Positions 59,834 through 64,000 of a DNA stretch of 64,000 nt are shown piece after piece. The stretch spans positions 89,051 to 153,050 of the forward strand of contig JACPKC010000006.1 of the NCBI GenBank assembly GCA_016187225.1, in the 5' to 3' direction. The translations under genes and the position numbers were made by a program. Under the pieces are notes generated by a model, which saw only the letters and a program-made list of their open reading frames with translations, ran no database searches and had not been told where the DNA came from. This stretch comes from Candidatus Berkelbacteria bacterium. GTDB taxonomy: Bacteria > Patescibacteriota > UBA1384 > JACPKC01. Position 1 is the stretch's first letter; every line of letters begins with the position of its first letter.

Positions 59834-61425
59834 AAGCTTTACGATCTTTAGTTACGCATAAAAATTCTCTCTTGGGAGCGACTCTGCTTTTGGTTGGCAC
59901 AACGCTCGCTTCAAATTTTCTCGGCCTTCTACGAGATCGCTTTTTCGCCCAAAAAATTCCAACCGACCTTCTCGACACCTACTTTGCCGCCTTCAGAATT
60001 CCGGATCTTATCTTTAATCTCTTAATTTTGGGCTCGATCACCGCCGCCTTTATTCCAGTTTTTCTGGAATATCGCAAAAAAAGCGAGGCCGAAGCTTGGC
60101 GGATTACCCAAAGCATCTTCACTATTAGCATTATTGTCCTAATTATACTCGCCCTTCTTCTTGGCATCGCCATGCCCTGGCTTATCCCGCTGATCGTGCC
60201 CAAATTTTCACCCGAAAAACAACGGCTTACTCTCGAACTGACACGCTTGCTCTTAATCCAACCGATCTTTTTTGGTCTCTCTTATCTATTTTCAGGCATC
60301 TTAAATGCGCTTAAGCGTTTCTTTGTTTATGCCCTGGCGCCACTGGTTTATACGAGTGTTATCATTCTGGCCACGGTTCTATTTGCGGATCAGTTTGGAG
60401 TTTATGCGCCCGTCTGGGGCGTCGTTATAGGTTCATTTTTACACATGTTCATTCAATTTTTGGCGGCTTGCCGAGTGGGCTTTGTCCCAGCCTTAAATTT
60501 TTCTCTTGCGCATCCAGCGGTCCGCAAGATCGTCCGCTTAATGATTCCTCGTTCCATTGGCTTAGGCGCTTTACAGCTCATGCTGATCGCCTTCACAGCC
60601 ATCGCCTCATCGCTCGGCAGTGGTTCAGTGGCGGTTTATAATTTGGCAGATAACATTCAAACTATGCCAACGGCCGTTTTCGGCTTGGCGTTTATCACCG
60701 CGCTCTACCCAACCCTCTCTGAATCAACTACGCAACTTGCCAAAAGACGTTTCAGCCAACTCTTAACCGACGGCATCCGTTATTTATTTGTGATTTTAGT
60801 TCCGGCAGGGATCGGACTGATTCTTCTGCGAGCGCAAACCGTTCGTTTAATCCTTGGCACCGGGTTTTTCGGCTGGGAAGCGACCATCGCCACGGCCGAC
60901 ACGCTGGGTTTATTTGCTCTTGGTTTGATCTTTCATGCCCTAACCATACTTCTTTCGCGAGCGTTCTACGCCCTCCACAACACCCGCACTCCAACTCTCC
61001 TGATGGTGATGGGCTACAGTTGCGCCATTGTTTCCGGCTACTTCTTGACTCGTCCCGAGGGCCTCAATCTAGGCGTGCCCGGCCTCGCTCTAGCGTTTGT
61101 GCTCGGCAATCTCTTGAGCAGTCTTTTGCTGTATTGCAAACTCCGGGCCCAGACTCCGATTCTCAAAGAATATGAGGGAGACTTCCTGGTTCTATTTGGC
61201 CAACTCGCCGCCGCAATTTTAGCGCTCATTGTGAGCGTGCAATTTACCAAGGAAGGTCTCGCCAGCGTTGTCGACATGGATCGATTTTGGGGAGTCCTCG
61301 CACAGACTCTGGGTGCGATTCTCGCCGGAAGCATCAGCTATAGTCTGGTCCTTTCCTGGTTTGGAGTGACTGAAATTCAGAAGGTGCCAAAATTTATTTG
61401 GACTCGCTTAAATGGCGGACGGTGA
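59827..61425 (+). CDS. murJ: Lipid II flippase MurJ
   Basis: LGLLRDR, AFRIPD, AFIPVF, RAFYA. Confidence 0.95.
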   Translation: MLKALRSLVTHKNSLLGATLLLVGTTLASNFLGLLRDRFFAQKIPTDLLDTYFAAFRIPDLIFNLLILGSITAAFIPVFLEYRKKSEAEAWRITQSIFTISIIVLIILALLLGIAMPWLIPLIVPKFSPEKQRLTLELTRLLLIQPIFFGLSYLFSGILNALKRFFVYALAPLVYTSVIILATVLFADQFGVYAPVWGVVIGSFLHMFIQFLAACRVGFVPALNFSLAHPAVRKIVRLMIPRSIGLGALQLMLIAFTAIASSLGSGSVAVYNLADNIQTMPTAVFGLAFITALYPTLSESTTQLAKRRFSQLLTDGIRYLFVILVPAGIGLILLRAQTVRLILGTGFFGWEATIATADTLGLFALGLIFHALTILLSRAFYALHNTRTPTLLMVMGYSCAIVSGYFLTRPEGLNLGVPGLALAFVLGNLLSSLLLYCKLRAQTPILKEYEGDFLVLFGQLAAAILALIVSVQFTKEGLASVVDMDRFWGVLAQTLGAILAGSISYSLVLSWFGVTEIQKVPKFIWTRLNGGR

Positions 61426-61569
61426 TAATAAAGAATTTTACGCTGATCTAGATACGGTCAAAAACCAAGGCCGGGGTTCATGCTGTACAGTCTGGAGTTT
61501 TTTCTTGCTCTTCGGTACACTGCTTATCCTGGGCATAGGCCTGATTATGATTCTCATATAAGGAGCGAA

Positions 61570-62271
61570 ATGGTAGTTGTTAAACAGTCATTCGATCCGA
61601 CAGCCGAACCGAAGAGAAGGAATAAAGGTCAGAAAGATAAAGAATTCTACGCCGACCTCGATCGCGCCAAAAAACGTTTTACTTGTTTTTCCTGCTCGGG
61701 CTGTTTGGGAATCTTAATTCTGATTTTGCTCGCCGCGATCACCGGCATTCTCTTTGTGATTGCCCTGACTGGGTTTGAAGTACCTTTGATGACGAAACTG
61801 GTTTACAAACCGCCAACGCCAATTCGAGTCGTCGCACCGGCTGGAACGGAAAATATCGATGATCTAATTGAACAAAAACTCATGAATGGTCTGAAAACTG
61901 GCAAGCTCATTCTTACCGAACAGGAAATAACTGCTGCTCTGCGCGAGCCAAGTCAGAGTGGTGAATTGGCGCTCAAGCAGGGCCAAGTGTCAATTGATGA
62001 TGACCAAGCTGAAATTTATGGTCAAGTTACTCTTGTGGCCAATCAACCAATGATCGTGCGAGCAATTGTTGTGCCGAGCAGGACTGGAAACAGTTTAGAA
62101 CTTAAAAAATTATATCTGGGTAATCTGAATTTGCCGATCGAAATTGCTCGATCAGTTGCGGAAACTCTGCGAATGCCAACCTCCCTCGACCTCACTCCGT
62201 TTGGAATTTCTGGTGTTGATTTTCAGACCGGAGCACTTTCGGCCAAAGCAATCCTACCAGAACAAGAATAA
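61570..62271 (+). CDS. Membrane-anchored hypothetical protein
   Basis: AAGGAG SD; Cys-rich segment followed by a TM helix. Confidence 0.75.
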   Translation: MVVVKQSFDPTAEPKRRNKGQKDKEFYADLDRAKKRFTCFSCSGCLGILILILLAAITGILFVIALTGFEVPLMTKLVYKPPTPIRVVAPAGTENIDDLIEQKLMNGLKTGKLILTEQEITAALREPSQSGELALKQGQVSIDDDQAEIYGQVTLVANQPMIVRAIVVPSRTGNSLELKKLYLGNLNLPIEIARSVAETLRMPTSLDLTPFGISGVDFQTGALSAKAILPEQE

Positions 62272-62287
62272 CTTACTACATCTTAAT

Positions 62288-63124
62288 TCATAAGCCTGGG
62301 ATTAATTTAATAATATCGCGTTCAGTTGGCACATAATCTTCAGATTGCTCCGCGGGCACAGCAGATGGGAGGTCCGATTCAACTGACGCGGGCGCGGTTA
62401 TAACGCCGCTTTCAGCTGGATAGACTCGCTTCAAGTCAAATCTCACAATTAACCGATTAAGCGAGGTGCCAACCGGCACGCATGTCATGAGCGATAGAAT
62501 GGGTTTTTCAGTCGCATCCGTTACACTGACATCGGCTGGCTTGACAACCACCGAATCGCGCACCTCATAAACATAAACTTTATTTTCAAATTGAATTAAC
62601 GCCTGGTCGCCAGCCACTAATTTATCCAGCAAGGCGAAGACGGTTTTATATTTGCCCTTATCCCACCAGTAGTAACTCGAATGACCGGTGATAAAAACAT
62701 TGCCGGTTTCTTCATTTGGCAATGCCGTAAAACCATAGTGCGCAACGCCCGACTGGAGGTTTTCAAGCATAATTTTTTCATCCGAAGAGGAGCGCCAAAC
62801 GATCGGCGCCCGCGCCTTGATTTTAGGCACTAAAAGAATATTCTCTCCAAGCTCAAGCGTCTCAACTGTTGAGACTTGCTCTTTTGGAGTTTCCTCAAGA
62901 GGCGCCTTGGCAAACGTGGGCTGAGTTAGAGCGGCGCCAACAGCGGCTGAAAACGAATTGCCTTCAAGGTCGGTCGCGATCACACGTTCAGCAATATTGG
63001 GTGCGCCTCGATGCTCGCGCCAATATTGAAAACGTTTCCAATAGGTTGGCGCGGTTAGAACTGAATAAGCGACTAAACCGGCCGCCAAAAAAGTGAGAAA
63101 TGTTCGAAGAACAGCGCCATTCAC
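62288..63124 (-). CDS. Sortase
   Basis: GVAHY, GNVFITGHS, LMTC, RLIV catalytic motifs. Confidence 0.93.
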   Translation of the reverse strand: MNGAVLRTFLTFLAAGLVAYSVLTAPTYWKRFQYWREHRGAPNIAERVIATDLEGNSFSAAVGAALTQPTFAKAPLEETPKEQVSTVETLELGENILLVPKIKARAPIVWRSSSDEKIMLENLQSGVAHYGFTALPNEETGNVFITGHSSYYWWDKGKYKTVFALLDKLVAGDQALIQFENKVYVYEVRDSVVVKPADVSVTDATEKPILSLMTCVPVGTSLNRLIVRFDLKRVYPAESGVITAPASVESDLPSAVPAEQSEDYVPTERDIIKLIPGL

Positions 63125-63126
63125 AT

Positions 63127-64000
63127 TTACGCACCTTGAATTTTATGGCGGCTGGCAAAAATCGTGACTGTGGCGGCGATCCAAAGGGCGATTAAACCAA
63201 TTAGCCACGCTGGATTGCCGGTTGAAACCAACGTCGTGGGCTTGGTGGCATCGGTCGCGGTCGTTGAGTTGGCAAGCGTTGCGTTTGTTCCCGGGGTTGT
63301 GCCATTGATAAGCACGGCGCTCGTTCCACCGCCAGCGCTCGTTCCACCACTAAGACTGGCTGGCGCAGTCACCGTGACACTTTGCCGTCCAAGGAGCGTT
63401 GCGCCACGCAAAGTCACATTATAAATACCAGGTCGACTGAAAGTGTGTTTTTGGGTTGATGGGCCTTTCGCAACGGGAACCGTGGCGCCATCGTCAAAAT
63501 CCCAGACCAAATTGGCTTCGGTGCCAGTATATGTCGCCGTCACTTCAAGCGGCGCGACTCCGCTCGTTGGCTCAACCTTAAAGACTCCGGGGGGCGGTGG
63601 CGGGGGTGTATTATCAGCAATCGTGAAGGCGGCGCTCCGAGTAATTTGGTCACAAGTCACAGTTAAAATATAGGCGCCGACCGGCACCTGGACGCCGGCT
63701 GTATTCTTTTGATCCCAGTTCCAGCTCCGCGTTTCCGCTGGCGAGAGAGTTGGATCATCAGCGGCGGCAATGGCTGGCTCAAAAATTTTAGTCTCGCCCT
63801 GCCTGACAACGTACGGATCTTTATTTGGGCAGGTTAAATCGGTTGTGCCTGTATTGGTAAATGTAAACGCGACCGTCTCGCCTGGCGCATAAACACTCTT
63901 TGAAGTGCTCAAAGTTGCATTCGGTGTCCCAGGTGGCGGTGGTGTCGCGCCCGACTCGTAATCCAGGATCAAACCGCCAAGCGAAGGTGTGGCAGTCGGA
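63127..64000 (-). CDS. Ig-like/PKD-domain surface protein with C-terminal sorting signal (5' end outside the window)
   Basis: WNWDQ, WDFDDG...HTFSRPGIYNVTL; LVSTG-TM-RHK tail. Confidence 0.85.
   Translation of the reverse strand, partial: PTATPSLGGLILDYESGATPPPPGTPNATLSTSKSVYAPGETVAFTFTNTGTTDLTCPNKDPYVVRQGETKIFEPAIAAADDPTLSPAETRSWNWDQKNTAGVQVPVGAYILTVTCDQITRSAAFTIADNTPPPPPPGVFKVEPTSGVAPLEVTATYTGTEANLVWDFDDGATVPVAKGPSTQKHTFSRPGIYNVTLRGATLLGRQSVTVTAPASLSGGTSAGGGTSAVLINGTTPGTNATLANSTTATDATKPTTLVSTGNPAWLIGLIALWIAATVTIFASRHKIQGA

Noticed and set aside
63318-63348. Tandem GCGCTCGTTCCACC repeat
   Set aside because: It encodes a GGTSA linker within the surface protein.

Overview
Window from a Patescibacteria (CPR)-type bacterial chromosome using the standard code. 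This assignment is inferred from the compact genes, frequent leaderless starts, the secG-OppA-tRNA context and a sortase. Positions ~10.5-64 kb are mostly housekeeping: rpsA, 8 tRNAs, secG, miaA, comM, folC, recG, ruvA, ruvC, comEA, split comEC, a GT4/galT/epimerase block, grpE-dnaK-dnaJ, a CsoR/copper-ATPase operon, rplS, rpmA, dnaE, gdhA, gltX, murJ, and a sortase with its substrate. Three accessory areas stand out. (1) A 4.6-kb cassette (21388-26009) sits 3 nt from the CCA end of tRNA-Leu(TAG). It is bounded by ~290-bp structured terminal inverted repeats, encodes no recombinase, and carries a C-protein/MTase/TdeIII-like RM system plus a LexA-HTH-TM and proteasome-beta-like gene pair. (2) Positions 1.3-5.9 kb hold minus-strand orphan genes with hairpin-dense non-coding tracts, including a ~900-nt candidate ncRNA behind a GC-rich DHH-like gene. 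(3) Positions 7.1-9.1 kb hold toxin-antitoxin modules punctuated by 43-45-bp attC-like palindromes. All calls were made by eye; no searches were run.
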